From: Tricharina praecox
Lineage: Eukaryota
Length of the DNA: 64,000 bases
Assembly: GCF_024521635.1 (NCBI RefSeq)
Contig: NW_026250428.1
Location: 62,001-126,000, forward strand
Reading direction: 5' to 3'
Numbering within the stretch: position 1 is the stretch's first letter; every line of letters begins with the position of its first letter. Positions 13,719-26,356 of the stretch are shown one piece after another. The translations under genes were made by a program, and so were the position numbers. The notes beneath the pieces are model-generated. The model did no database searches. It was not told the DNA's origin and saw only the letters and a list, made by a program, of their open reading frames with translations.

Positions 13719-15311
13719 ATGGCAACACTATCTCCACCCTCATCCTCTAGCAACGCTAGCACTTACACCGAATCCAGTAGTCAAGATGTGGAGCTCGAAG
13801 GCCCCTCGTTCTCCCCTTTACTTACCGATGACCCCTGGCTGCATACGCCGCTGCCACTCAGAATTCTCTCGCATCTGCACTCGATCCGGTACTGGCGCCG
13901 CAAGATCCGCGGCTTCCTCGCCGGCATCGGCCCCATGCTGAAGACGTTAGCGCGACTCATGGCCTTCGCCGGTACACGCAGGGTGATGACGACAATTAAG
14001 ACCGCCTACCACGACTGGCCGAACGGCGAGCGTACGGCCCAGAGGCACTTTATAGCGATCAAGAACGAGTACTTCATTCACCTCTTCGAGTATATCGCAC
14101 TGCGGGACGAATACCTCCTCTTCGCCGGCGAACTGAAGGAGACGCTTGGCGATCCGCGGTTCGAATCACAAGGGCCGGGGGATGTGCTGGCGCACATACT
14201 GCACGCGCAGCTGGTGAAGGTGAGTATCGACCTGGACAAGAGGCTCGTCGAGGCGAGGGATAAACTACGCTTCGCACACCTAGCCGTCATCGGCTTTTAC
14301 GACTACATTGGACTCCTGCGGAAACGAATGAATGGCAATATAGTGGTGCCCAATCCGCTCATGCCTGTGGATGAATGGGCCGCGTATACAGAGCCAGTGT
14401 GGATGGCTGAACTGGCGGATCTCCAGCCCGAGCTGGAGAACGGCGGGTGGTGCGAGGAGAAGTACGGGCAACTTAGGCAGAACGATTGGAGGATGCAGGT
14501 GTGGGAGGCCGAGTGGTTGGCTCTACCGGAAGGCGAGAGGCAAAAGCTGTACGGCTGTCGCGGGAGTGGCTGGTGGAAGTCCGAAGAGGAAAGAGAAGGT
14601 CCGGAAGCGGATCGACGTAGGGCGAGTGAAGTCAATTGGCAGGCTCATCATGTTCCCTCGTGGGGAACGAGGGTGTTCAACGCTGTCATGTCCAGGCAGA
14701 GTACAGCTAGAATCGGTGCCATAATAGGCACCGGTGAATCAAAGCAGAGCATAGCCGACCTGCTCAAGAATGCGAGAATACCACAGGACAAACCCACGAA
14801 AGGACGGACCAGTCGTGCGATGGGTTGGCTGCCGATGACGGGGAAACGACACCTCTGCGAAACGGAGGATGAGTTCCTCGCGAATCTTGGGCCGGTGCTG
14901 GAGCCTACATGCCGGTCCGCCACCATCAACGACAAATTCAAATCCAAGCGCATTGAAAACAACCCGAAGCTCGCTCTGGAATATCTTACGGGGCTCGGCA
15001 CCGACAATTGGCGCTGGCGCGATGTCGTAGATGATAGTGATGGCGATCCGGCTGCCGCAGGTTCACAACAGGACCGCCAGGGGAGCGACAGCCCGGATAA
15101 GACGGTGGAATTCCTACAACCAACCTCCCGTCGGTTTGTCTTGGATGATAGCGACGGAAGTGATGAAAATCCGGCTGCCACAAATTCCCAGCAGGACCGC
15201 CGGATGAGCGACGACCCGGAAGAGTCAGTGGCGGCCGTCCTACAGCCAGCCTCTAGTCGGTTTACTCTCGATGATAGTGATGGGAGTGACGATGCAAAGA
15301 CCACCAACTGA
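13719..15311 (+). CDS. Hypothetical protein, 530 aa, with C-terminal DDSDG repeats
   Basis: Long uninterrupted ATG-initiated ORF with helical and Trp-rich segments; no recognised domain. Confidence 0.75.
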   Translation: MATLSPPSSSSNASTYTESSSQDVELEGPSFSPLLTDDPWLHTPLPLRILSHLHSIRYWRRKIRGFLAGIGPMLKTLARLMAFAGTRRVMTTIKTAYHDWPNGERTAQRHFIAIKNEYFIHLFEYIALRDEYLLFAGELKETLGDPRFESQGPGDVLAHILHAQLVKVSIDLDKRLVEARDKLRFAHLAVIGFYDYIGLLRKRMNGNIVVPNPLMPVDEWAAYTEPVWMAELADLQPELENGGWCEEKYGQLRQNDWRMQVWEAEWLALPEGERQKLYGCRGSGWWKSEEEREGPEADRRRASEVNWQAHHVPSWGTRVFNAVMSRQSTARIGAIIGTGESKQSIADLLKNARIPQDKPTKGRTSRAMGWLPMTGKRHLCETEDEFLANLGPVLEPTCRSATINDKFKSKRIENNPKLALEYLTGLGTDNWRWRDVVDDSDGDPAAAGSQQDRQGSDSPDKTVEFLQPTSRRFVLDDSDGSDENPAATNSQQDRRMSDDPEESVAAVLQPASSRFTLDDSDGSDDAKTTN

Positions 15312-16082
15312 ACGCCAATTCACAGAGATCACGCGTAAGGCAATATTTAAATAGCTGCAACTTCTGACGGAACGTAGGGCAGCAGTATGTCCATCACATT
15401 GTGTAGCGGATAATAGTACTATTTAATCGCGGTAGTAACTCTAGAAGCACTCCAAAGCCTCAATTGTATCAGAGCGTGGTGAGTGACGGTCATCTAGATC
15501 ATCCACTTACACTCGCGGTTTCGAGGACAAGGCGAAATTCGACGAGTCCTAAACAGTGATAGACATATGGCTGTCGAAAGTGATCAAACTTTAGCTAATT
15601 ACCTCACATCCAACTCTAGATTGGTGTTCACATTGAATAGAAAACCGCCTACACACTTCCAGAACAGCATCATATGATCCACCTACACACCACAGAATCA
15701 ATCAACTATTTTCCACACCGTTTCTGATGTCATTCAGTAGGCCACTAATCAACTCCTTTATTCAGACACATATTCAGTTTTGGTTGAGGAGGCAGTCTCT
15801 GGGGGCTTTGCTGAGCCGGGCCAGGCAACCCATTTATGTTGCTGTTTCCACCAACTCAACTTTGCTTTTCCACCACAACTTTTGTGTGGCTACTTACCTA
15901 TTTATATAATTTGATCACTTTCGAACGCCGTAGGTACAACTGCACTGTTTAAGACTACGTAACCGAATTACGAACCATTTCAACTAGATAACTAGTTAAA
16001 CTGCAAAACTACTAGTACTAGCAGGTCTGATTGCTCTCCGCGTTTATCTCTTCGCCTTTGCCACCCTCGGCGGCTCCTCCTC

Positions 16083-17465
16083 CTACTCCTCCTCCTCTTC
16101 CACCACTTTTACCCGTCGTTTCGTCTTTTGGATCAGCGGCTCATCCTCCCCAACCTCATCCTCCTCATCGTCCACTTTTACCCGTCGCTTCGTCTTTTGG
16201 ATCAGCGGCTCATCCTCCCCAACCCCATCCTCATCCTCCCACTCCTCCCCCCCCTCTTCCTCCCCATGTTTCACATTCGGGTGCCTCCATTGCCTCTGCA
16301 TCCGCCGCCATTGGTCTTTGTCATTGTGCACAATGGGAATTACGGTTTCATGCCTGTTCTCAATACCGCAGCGGGACTTTCGTTTGGTCGGAATTGTCTC
16401 GACTCGTTTTGCCTTCAATCTCCTAAGTCTAGTCACCAGATTTAGGTTTTTTTCGGATTTTCTGATTGTAGGGTCGCCCTTGAGGTTTTGCATGAGGGTC
16501 GCGAACTTGTTCCCTTCGTAACCACCTCCCGTTTCGAGGATCAGTCGATTCAGAATGCGTTCCCTGACGGCGTTCCGTGTGATCCGGTTCGTGCGCAAGG
16601 GGAAAGCTCCCCCCGCCGCGACTTTCAGGTGCTCGAGCGTGACTTTTTGGTGACGTTCAAATCGTGGATTGGTGAGGATGAGGTTCAACCGATCGTAATG
16701 GAAGTGATTATTCGCAAATCTAGCTAGCGCTATGAGGGGACGCCAACGGTCCGGTTCCGAGCCCGGTTTCCCCGTATCCGCTGACAGCTTCTTCACTACT
16801 TGACGATGAAACCACAGAAAGAAGCTCTCGCTGAAGTCGTTCAGGAGGACGTGGTTGAGAGGCAGATTGTACTCCCACTTGTAGATTCGCCTCGACATGC
16901 GGAATTTGACAGTCGTGTACATGGGATACATGCTATTGGCGCCAGACTCGACCAGTAGTCTTGCCATGTCCTCCCTGTGGTATATCAACGCGATGTGAAG
17001 CGCCGACGGCGACAACCACATCCTTATGAACGGGCCGTCATTCCAGAACGCACCGTAAGGATTCCGCATACCCTCTGGAATCATCACGTCCACAGAGATG
17101 CCCAGCGCGATGATCCGCTTCACGAACTCGGGCCACTCCTCGATCACCGCGTAGAACAAGGTCATCCAGATCTCGCCGCGCGCTGCCGAATTGCGTATCT
17201 GCCGGTCGGTGCAATCGCGTGGCAGCCCCTTGGGCAACGCGTGCTTTTCCCGCTCCGCCTGCCGCCATTGATCCCATTGCGACTCTCCGTCTATGGGCGG
17301 CTGCATGATCGGCCGGCCGCGCTCGGTGCCGTCCATCGCGGGTTCTGCGTCAAGATCATCCGAAACGTCGTCCGGCTCAGGCGACCCCTTCACCAGCGGC
17401 ACCCCCTCATCCTCCTCCTCCTCCTCTTCCTCTTCCTCTTGCTGCTTCTTTTTGCTTCTGACCAT
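16083..17465 (-). CDS. Ankyrin-repeat-containing protein, 460 aa
   Basis: Ankyrin-like motifs SALHIALIYHREDMARLLVESGAN and LFYAVIEEWPEFVKRIIALGISVD; poly-E N-terminus; 69-bp (23-aa) C-terminal duplication. Confidence 0.75.
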   Translation of the reverse strand: MVRSKKKQQEEEEEEEEEDEGVPLVKGSPEPDDVSDDLDAEPAMDGTERGRPIMQPPIDGESQWDQWRQAEREKHALPKGLPRDCTDRQIRNSAARGEIWMTLFYAVIEEWPEFVKRIIALGISVDVMIPEGMRNPYGAFWNDGPFIRMWLSPSALHIALIYHREDMARLLVESGANSMYPMYTTVKFRMSRRIYKWEYNLPLNHVLLNDFSESFFLWFHRQVVKKLSADTGKPGSEPDRWRPLIALARFANNHFHYDRLNLILTNPRFERHQKVTLEHLKVAAGGAFPLRTNRITRNAVRERILNRLILETGGGYEGNKFATLMQNLKGDPTIRKSEKNLNLVTRLRRLKAKRVETIPTKRKSRCGIENRHETVIPIVHNDKDQWRRMQRQWRHPNVKHGEEEGGEEWEDEDGVGEDEPLIQKTKRRVKVDDEEDEVGEDEPLIQKTKRRVKVVEEEEE

Positions 17466-18746
17466 GATGAGTTATTTTCGGTTTCCTCGAAACTCCCGGA
17501 TGTGTGACTTGGTGGTTGTGGTGGCGCTGGTGGTGGTATCCGTCGCGCGCCGGTCGTCAATACTGCTGCTGCACGGAAGATGGGATATCAAGCTCGTCCT
17601 GTCATGATTGTGAGTTACCTCGGGAATATAAACAATAGGATGTTCAGCTTCTCTCACCTTCAAGTGTCCATGTTTAGCAAGCACCCGAAACGGGGGGGCG
17701 TTACGTGCTGTGTGAGTGTTCTGGCTTTGGGTGAACAAAGGAGAATGTGGAATGTGAGCATTGTGGGTCGAAACGAAAGTATATACTAGTCCTTTGTTGA
17801 GTGGACTCGGTGAAGACGACGCTTGAGAGAGAGAGAAGACAACGGTTTATCGTCGAATTCGGCCTGTCCAGACAACCGCGAAACCAACGCTTGAGAAGGT
17901 AAGTGTGACAATTCCGTGAATGAAGCGGAGGTGTTTCGGCAGCGGCGTCTTTGCTGGCGGTCAGGAACGGTGGCTCTAGTACGGGTGTGGATATCGGAAG
18001 TCTGCGCTCGACGATCGTCATGGAAAACCGAATCATATGCCATGATGCGGAGTGCATAGCTACACTCCAGATTCTGGTTGTCAGTGTCTCATTCAGCAGA
18101 AATTCGAGTACGAGCAGGTACGCAGTTGTGTGATTTTTACCTTTACCGTTAGAGTGTCCAAATAAAATATTGCGGTCACACTAGAAACAATGACCATCAG
18201 AAGTGAACCAGCATTGTGCAGCGTGAGACGAACCTACATACGAACATCTATAATGTCTTTGTTCCCAACCTCGAACTGGGCTCGATGCCGACTCTTTGTC
18301 TACCCTTTGTTCCAGTCTCTCTTGCAAATGACGTTTTTGATAGTGTCGTAATACCGCCGTTCTTTGATAGTATGACAATCCAGCTGTACCCGCGGCCCCA
18401 ACCCATCCGCCTACTTCCGGCCGGATTCATACCTCCAAGCCCTCCCGCCCGAGGACTTCCCCAGTGTTGCAAGACGGTTCGGCGGCTTGTTTATCTCTCA
18501 AGAAAAGCTTGCTTTGTCGGAATCATGAAGGGGAGGAGAGCGAATTCTGTCATGGACCCGCGGTTCGCCGTGTATATAAACCCGCTACATCTCGGTATAT
18601 CCGTGAAACAGACAACCAGCCTCCATTCCCCTCTCATCCTCAAGCACTCATTGTCGACGGCCACCACAAAAACTGCGAATATCCATTGCATGCCCGAGTC
18701 TTCTGACGCGGCTTCTCTACGTCGCCAGCCGGCATGCGTCCATCCT

Positions 18747-18791
18747 GAGTCCCCGAGTCCCCGAGTCCCCGAGTCCCCGAGTCCCCGAGTC
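18747..18791. repeat. (GAGTCCCC)n microsatellite, about 5.5 copies
   Basis: Perfect 8-bp tandem units, directly visible. Confidence 0.95.
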
Positions 18792-20263
18792 GCAGCTACG
18801 TCTAGACACTCGGGCACTCAGACACTCGCGACTTACAACATGTCTACGCCCGCACCCACAACGCATCTCGCTGGGAAGGGGAGTGAGCTTTCGGAATTGC
18901 GAGCTGAGCATAATATCAAGCAGCATCAGCAGTAGTAGTATAATTCCCGAAACTCGCGATCACGGATCACGAACTGGCGGAGTCCCGGAATCCCGACGTC
19001 CCGACTTCCCGGATTCCCTGACCGACCTGCCTAGCTGACCACGCGGATTCCAGAGCCGGATTATAGAAAGTATCGGGTGGCAGCTAAGGACTTATCGGCT
19101 TGGGTTGGTTTGTTACTTGATTGAGTTTTCATGAACCTCATTTATCCGCCCTGTTCGCCAAGAAACAGATGGTCCCGACAACACTCGGAAGGAGGGAAAG
19201 GGCGCGAAGAGGTTCGATCGGGAATTCAACCGGACCGGACGTTTTTCGAAGAGTCCCAGCACCTTCCCGCGGACCTCGAGTTCAACGTGCAGAGACGATG
19301 GAAAACTATTGAGTATTTCTTCAATTCCTCAATACTATAGACGACAGAGGGCAGAGGGAACTCGGAGTTCAAGCACGGCCAACCCCCACCCGTTCATCCC
19401 TAAGGTGGCACCTGCACCGCGCAGCAGTCGCTCGGCATCCGTACGCCGTGTGACATACAGACTTTATTCGGGCGGGGGGAAGCTAAGCTCCAAATCCGGC
19501 GTTCTGATGAGTTCGTGGTTGGTTTGGGTGTGCGTGGGGGTGTATGCGACCTGGTGACCGGGCACCCCAAGCAAAATGGACGGGAGGCAAACGCAAGACA
19601 AACCCGTGCAGAATAACACTCAATCCAGCAGGACAAAGACGCCATATTCGCTGGGAGGAGGAAGGTGACTGGGTGACCGGGCACCCCGAGAAAGGTGGAC
19701 TGAAGCCAAGCATGCGGCAAGGCAAGATAAGCCCGTGAGACACATTACTCTATCGAGCAATACGGACCGACAGCCAGTGGATAGTATATTATCTGGCACG
19801 ATCGAGACGACAGATCGAGGGGAGCCAAGCATGCGGTAAGGCAAAACAAGCGCGTGCAACAAAGCACTGTATCCAGCAATGCGGACCGACACCCAGGATG
19901 GCATAGTATCGAAGAGGATGAAGAGGAGTGTGCGGAGGGTGCGGAGGGAATCAACCATCTGCCAGGGCTGAGGGTGCAATTGGTTAGTTGAAGGACGGGA
20001 TGCACTCGCGGCTGCCGACATGTCTGCGACGCCGCACTGTGGAGTGAACGGCCCAGATGATGATTGTTCTCATGCTGGGTTCGTCGTCCGCTGTGCGGCA
20101 TCGTGGGCTTGTCGGACGTCGCGAATGCATCCGAGGTCAAACATGCTGGTTCGAGTCTAGTGGTCGTTAGGAGATAAGACTCAATTTCCGTTCGAAATTG
20201 TGTACGTACAGTGTGAAGACAAGAAGCGAGTCTTGATGGTCAAACAACCCGTGAATCCTCCGG

Positions 20264-21019
20264 CTAAACCTTCCACTGTAGCGTAAAGTCCTCCCCATCC
20301 TCGCCACCAACATCATTCGGCGGCTGGTTGTAGACCGCCAACAGCGCCTCCGCTAGCTCGGCATCGACTGTGTAGTAAAACTCGCTCTGCCCGGCATTCC
20401 CACACGCGAAATCGGCGGTGCCCAGACGCAACCTCAACCGACACAGCCAATTCCACAGCGCGTTTGCCCCTTGATGGCGAACCGTTGCGACTTCTTTTTG
20501 CAGTTGCGTGGCCAGGGTACGCGGAGAAACGGTGTCGCAGACCGCTCTGTTGGCTGCCGACGAGTCGCGCAGGGATAGGTACGCGGTGATTCCGCGGAGG
20601 GACGCGATGGTGGAGAGCGTCGCTTTCGGTGAGGTGCGGACACTGCGGAGAGGGAACGGGTGGGACGGGTGGGACCTCTTGAAGGTACTAGTAGCACGTG
20701 GCGCCTTGGGAGGGGTGGGACGATAGTAGTGCGTGTAGTTCTGGGACTGGAACGGAGGGGACGTTGTCTACTGGTAGACGTCTTGTAAGTCGCATGTTTC
20801 GCCTTGGGTGGAGTAGGCTGATGGAGTCGTTTCGACATCGTGATGGGGCTTTGGTATGGTGAGGGCGCAACCGGTCTGCGAGGGAGAATACGTACTCAAG
20901 GAAGCAATCATGTCGAGTACCGAGAGTTGAATGGCACCTGGCACAACCGTACGTTCAAGTAGAGCGATGATGACCGGGGTCGCGGAGGCTTGTTCGATGC
21001 GCGGCTTGGATGCCATCAT
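20264..21019 (-). pseudogene. 251-codon reading frame interrupted by a single TAG
   Basis: ORF 20768..21019 continues in frame past TAG 20768-20770 for about 167 open codons (…NALWNWLCRLRLRLG…YYTVDAELAEALLAVYNQ…) to TAG at 20264. Confidence 0.5.
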
Positions 21020-21412
21020 CGAGCGGTCGCTGGAATGAACATCTACGTGTTAGATATACGCGGTGAAGCCGTCGGGTGGATAGGGATCGCGACTCATGAC
21101 GTTCGCCGGCGATAGTGGGTGGGCTTGAGGCAAAAGGCGAAGTAAGTGGTTGATTGTTTCGTGATCGTCCTCACTCGGAGCTCTTCTCCTAGCTATGGCC
21201 CTGCCAAGGCGCCAAAGCCTCTTGCAGCCAACGCACGCACCAAGGCACGCCACAATTCCTCCGGGGAATCCCAGCCCGCCGAGATATGCGCGAGCAGCTC
21301 GCCTAACTACTAGTGGACTCTTTTGATGTCAAGTCACGGGATAATTCAATGTCAACGACCGCAGAGCTTACACAACCTGGTGTTGTCCTCTTTGTCGTAA
21401 TCATTTCCTTTC

Positions 21413-22654
21413 TACGGTCGAAAGTGGAAAAATAGCCAACCATGCGCATTGTGCATTTGTCATTTTGCATTTGACATTTTGCTACGCGCCGTCTTGCAAC
21501 CCACCGTTTTGCAACCCAGCGCTGGTCCCCCCCGCCCCCGCCCACCCCACACCACAACAGAGCGCCCACCGAGAGAAATAGAGGGAGAAAAATAGAGAGC
21601 AAAAGAGGAAAAGAGATAGAAGAAGAGTGAGAAATATGGAGCAGAAAAGAGAGCGAAAAAAGAGAGCGAAATTGCGAAAGGACGGTAGGTGACAGCGGGG
21701 AGAGGAGTTTGGTGGGGTGGAGATGGGTTAGGGTTTACATCCCAGAAACTCGAGTAGCCCCCATGCGATAAAATAGTGCCATCACCACTATATAGTAGCT
21801 ATACCATCACCACCCATATGTACCACCACTACTGCCACCACTGCTAGATGTCTCCCTCTGGAGGAATAGACCGGACATGATCATTACGATACGGTGGTGC
21901 CTTGCTCACAAGGGTGTGCCTGGCAACGAAAAGGCAGACGAATGGGCGAAGCTGGCAGCAGAGGAGCCAGCAGCCGATACTCAGGACGCGGACGCGTACT
22001 GGGAACGGACGAGCTCTGGAAGCGGGTAGCGAGGAGTCAGGGCGAACGTTGTCTCGTGTTATGGATCTGGTTGGCCCCTCTGAGGAGGAGCCAGCAACCT
22101 GTATCATGTGATATCCGACTTACCTGCGCCAGCAGTTCTGCACATGGACCAACTTTGGTTTGCAATCAATCTCACCCTCTCTCCCTGACTTCTTGCCTTG
22201 CGCTTGCTACTTTGGAGCGGAAGTTATCCAGATAAACGGCTTGGGTGGCATGGTGGGGGAGGAAGAGGTGGAGGTGGTGATGGTAATGACACTGCTATGT
22301 GGCGTAGGTACTTAGTCTCTGCGACATTTAAACTCTAACCCATCTCCACCCCACCAACTCCGCTCCTCGCTGACACCCAGTGTCCTCTCGCAATTTTCGC
22401 TCTCTTTTTTCGCTCTCTTTTCTGCTCCCTTTTTCTCTCTCTTCTTCTTTCTCTTTTCCTCTCTCTTTTGCTCTCTATTTTTCTCCCTCTTTTTGTCTCG
22501 GTGGGCGCTCTGTTGTGGTGTGGGGTGGGTTGGGGGGACCAGCGCTGGGTTGCAAAACGGTGGGTTGCAAGACGGCGCGTATCAAAATGTCAAATGCAAA
22601 ATGGCAAATGCACAATGTACATGGTTGGCTATTTGTCCGCTTTCGACCGCCGTA
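21413..22654. mobile_element. Foldback / non-autonomous TIR element with ~330-bp inverted repeats and TA flanks
   Basis: 21415-~21745 is the near reverse complement of ~22320-22652; TA at 21413-14 and 22653-54. Confidence 0.8.
21856..21970 (+). mobile_element. Non-LTR (Tad1/LINE-type) RNase H fragment
   Basis: Translates ITIRWCLAHKGVPGNEKADEWAKLAAEEP, matching the RNase HI motif W(V/C)xxHxGxxGNExADxxAK. Confidence 0.85.
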
Positions 22655-23938
22655 CTTTCACTATGTAGGGCACTGGCAACTCCTCAAGTACCATGCCAGT
22701 GTCACCTGGGGTAGGTGCTTCTCGCTTCCGGAGACTCCCAAGCTGGACTAGCTCTTGGTCGAGGGGTTCGGAGAAGATGTCCTTCTGGCGGGCAACCGCA
22801 GTGAGTATAATTCGGCCTTAGAGAAGGTTCGCACATGGGCACGGCAATGGCAATGCGATATCCGACCACCTCGACGTTGACGATATGCTAATTCTTCCTA
22901 TGAAGCTATTCCGGTATCTTTATGGCCACCGTAGGCGTGTCTACGGCTCGACGTCCGCGCTGCTGTCTCGTACTGATTTGGCATTCCAGATCTTCGGTCG
23001 TCCCGGCGGCTTTGATCCTCGTCCCTCAAAGAAGATGAAGGAGATGCACGACGCTAAGGCTGCGGCGGCCGCAGCCGAGGATCCTGAGACGGATGCTTGG
23101 ATGGAGGAGGCTGTCCAGGATTACTTCGACAACCATTCCTTTGAATAATGCGCCGGCAGCAGTGGTAGTGTGTCATGTTCCTGTTGTCAGCTTGCTGTGC
23201 TTGATGATTTGTTTTCTGATGATTTTGCTTTGGAGGATTTAGAATGGGGTACCAAGTGAGAGTGATGCGATCATGGAGAGAAGTGGAGTTGTTCCATGTT
23301 TTTTTTTGTTTCGGGAGCATCTAGTCCAGGAGTTGATTGATTGAGAAGGATTTGATGATGGTTATATGAAAATAACATGATCATCGCTGAGTTGGATTAA
23401 TGAAAGGAACGTGATGACGGCTGAGTTGGTGGTTGAGGAAAGAACGTGATCACGCATGGAGAATCAAGCGAGCCATACAGAGCGCTCCTCTTCCAATTCG
23501 GCAGATCTAACATCCAAGTACGTGTTCAGATGAAACACCATTGAAGCAATGTAAACCGTCATCTTCAAAAACCAGGCTAGATCATGACGAAAAAGGCTGA
23601 ATACAGCCGGGTTGGAGATGTTCCAGATGTTTTGGACGTGCCAAACACAGCCCCTCCGGAAATGTCCCCATTGACGACAATCTTGCCCGGTCACACCTCC
23701 AGTGTGACAGTCCCTCTCCTCCAAGCCCGTGGTTTTACGCAGTTTAACATTACACCAATATGCTATGTTTGCCAAATAACAAGGAAAAACTTATTGGTTG
23801 CGATCATAAAGACAATGGGTATACGCATCCTTAAAATACATTCAAGATCCGCGTATCACACGTCCAAATCTGATGATGGTACCCCATGTATGACCGTAAC
23901 TCCCATCTCCCAGGACCCAAACTCTGCCCCCGTGACAT

Positions 23939-24460
23939 TCAAGCTTCAATTATGCCCGTGATATTTTCCCAAATAGCATTCGACTGGTCCACAGTGATAC
24001 CCTCGCGGAGTCTCACCATTTCCGCCTGGTAAGCCATAGCCTCGTAGGCCTCTTGGGCCTTTTCGACGATCTGCTTGGCATCTTGCTCCGCTTCGCCGAT
24101 TTCCTTGAGCTTCTCCTCCGCCTCTTTCTCCAACCCCACTTTCATCTCCTTCCACTGCGCTAGGAGCTGCTGACCGCAGTTAATCGTCATGGATGCCTCC
24201 GTGAGACGCATCGCGGCGTCCCCCTCCTCCCCCACCGCGATCTGCACCGCTACCATCCTCCTGAGCATGGTTGACTCAATTTCCACCATCTCTAGATGGA
24301 CGTGCACCAGATTCCTTTCGGCGTCGGCCTTCACGGCCTCCGCCTCCGCAACTCGATCGGCGAGGTACTGGAACGCGTGGTTGACAGTGCACCCCAAACC
24401 GTATACTATGACCAGCACATCGCGGTGCGTAATCTCGTCGCCGAAAGCGATGTTGGGCAT
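23939..24460 (-). CDS. Hypothetical coiled-coil protein, 173 aa
   Basis: ATG-initiated ORF rich in E/A/K with a heptad-like pattern. Confidence 0.6.
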   Translation of the reverse strand: MPNIAFGDEITHRDVLVIVYGLGCTVNHAFQYLADRVAEAEAVKADAERNLVHVHLEMVEIESTMLRRMVAVQIAVGEEGDAAMRLTEASMTINCGQQLLAQWKEMKVGLEKEAEEKLKEIGEAEQDAKQIVEKAQEAYEAMAYQAEMVRLREGITVDQSNAIWENITGIIEA

Positions 24461-26234
24461 GTCACAGGTAACTTACTTTGAAGTGTGTTTGTCGAGCAGA
24501 CGGGACCTGAAGCAGAAGCGGAAGCGGAGCCTGTGACAATTGGAATAAGCTCACGTCGGGCCATGAGAAGGTAACTTACTTTACAGTATCCCGTAACGAC
24601 GTTGAAAAGGTTGTAGTGACCGGTATCTCTAGGAGAACGAGGGAAAGGTGTCGAAAAAAAAGATGATCTTGATGGTTTCTGAGATGCTTCCAGAGGGAAG
24701 GAGGAAGCTCGCAGGAGCTCCTGTCTAATGCTGCAGCTTCATGCAGTGGGCATTGTGCGTGACTTCTAAACGCAGCCCTCGTTAGGGTTTTCTATACCGC
24801 TGTTTGGCCGCCTGGTTTCACAGAGTTCAGCTACATCAGCAGTGACCATACCAAGTTTAGGTGGAATCGCAGCCACCACTTCCTATGCGGTCTTGTACCT
24901 TGCGATCGTGGTCGTGGTCGGTGGGCTGGTCGTATCGGACATCGGTGAAAGATCGAGTGCCCAACAGGGACTATGAGCGATTCTGCCGCGTCAGACTGCC
25001 CTGCGCTATCTCGTCCGTACACTGCCATATGCGGATTCTTCTGTAGGGGTAAGAAAACATCGCAACTCGATGGACTTGTTACCAACACTGCGGCTAGTAG
25101 AAAATCAATGAAATAGCGGCGGTGAGCCTTTTGTATATCGATTGCCATGGTTTCGCCTCATGTGATGAATGACGACACCAAACTAAGTTCCGAAACCAAA
25201 CGAACTGTCCATCCGTGTAAAGTAGAGTAAATTAAGTGGGATTGTGGGACGTGTGTTGGCTCACGTGGGTCCAGAGTGGAGAGTCCAGCCAGTTATGTGG
25301 AGTAGTCTCACTCTCTCGGTCGACAAAGGGATTACTAAGCACTCAGCACCAGACCAGACCAGACCAGACCAGAGACCGGCCTTCAAAATTCGAAGTCCAT
25401 CCTTTGTTCTAGTTCCAGTCGTTCGTGCCGATAACCCTGTTCTTACTCACCTTCATGTCTTTGTTCGAAACGTGAAACTATACTGCCTAGAGCTACGTCT
25501 TTATTTAGACTTTGGCGTACGTCTGTCCTGCGAATTTCTTTGTTTTCCTTTCGAGACTCGAGCTCGCCGGCTGGCCGGAGTGCGTACCGACCTCCTACGC
25601 CGTACTCGGCTGCCACAGAGGAGAGTCAGTTGGACGGTGGAAGGGCATGGCCGATGCGACCGTCTCTCCACGGGAATGAGCACTCGCGGCGGGTGCATAT
25701 GGCGCACATCCCGCGGCGCAACTGTGGTATGTACGAAAAGCACACAGTTCCTTACATCCAGGCTTTCAACGGCCAGAACCCGTGGACGAATCACCCCAGC
25801 GACGGAAGGTAACGGAAGCTCTAGACTATCTATAGGCTCCCCTCAAACATTCTGGAAACGTACGCCGGCGCGTATATTCAATGCGGGATTTGCGCTTGGC
25901 CCTCGAATGAACTTGCGACTTCCGACATGTCTATTCTAGTTTTCTGCAGCGTGCATAACGGACTCAAGTTATTCGGGTTAGATGCCGAAACATCCGCGAA
26001 CACTACATATCTATCACTGGCGAAAGTTGTCCCTTTGGTTCTCGGGTGAGCACACATAGAAGTCTAGTCCGAGGATATCGCCAACCTATTCGGCAAAACC
26101 ACCACAAAGACAATACATTATTCGTTGGAATTCTTTACCTGAACGGTGGATTTGATGGATCGAGCCTCATTCGAGCCGTGCGTTCAGGCGTGCAGTTCAG
26201 CAAGCTGCTCCCACGGGCAGCGATGGAATGCTTT

Positions 26235-26356
26235 TCAGCGAAGACAGTCGCAAGTGGATGGCACGGGCATCAGTTCAAATGTATTCAGCGAAGACGGTCA
26301 CAGGTGGATGGCACGGGCATAGCCACTCTATTTATACAGCGAAGACGGTCGCAAGT
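26235..26356. repeat. Three direct repeats of cagcgaagac.gtc.ca.gt (~51-bp period)
   Basis: Visible at ~26236, ~26286 and ~26337. Confidence 0.75.

Noticed and set aside
14648..15307. Long antisense ORFs (also 2847-3275, 43101-43697, 45788-46429, 46445-47578, 59839-60444)
   Set aside because: These are shadows of better-supported overlapping genes or repeats.
21725..21736. TTAGGG telomere-like words (also ~6468 and ~24782)
   Set aside because: Isolated single units with no array.
22790..23148. Possible small spliced gene ending ...WMEEAVQDYFDNHSFE
   Set aside because: Intron-like signals are present but no consistent start or exon chain could be established.
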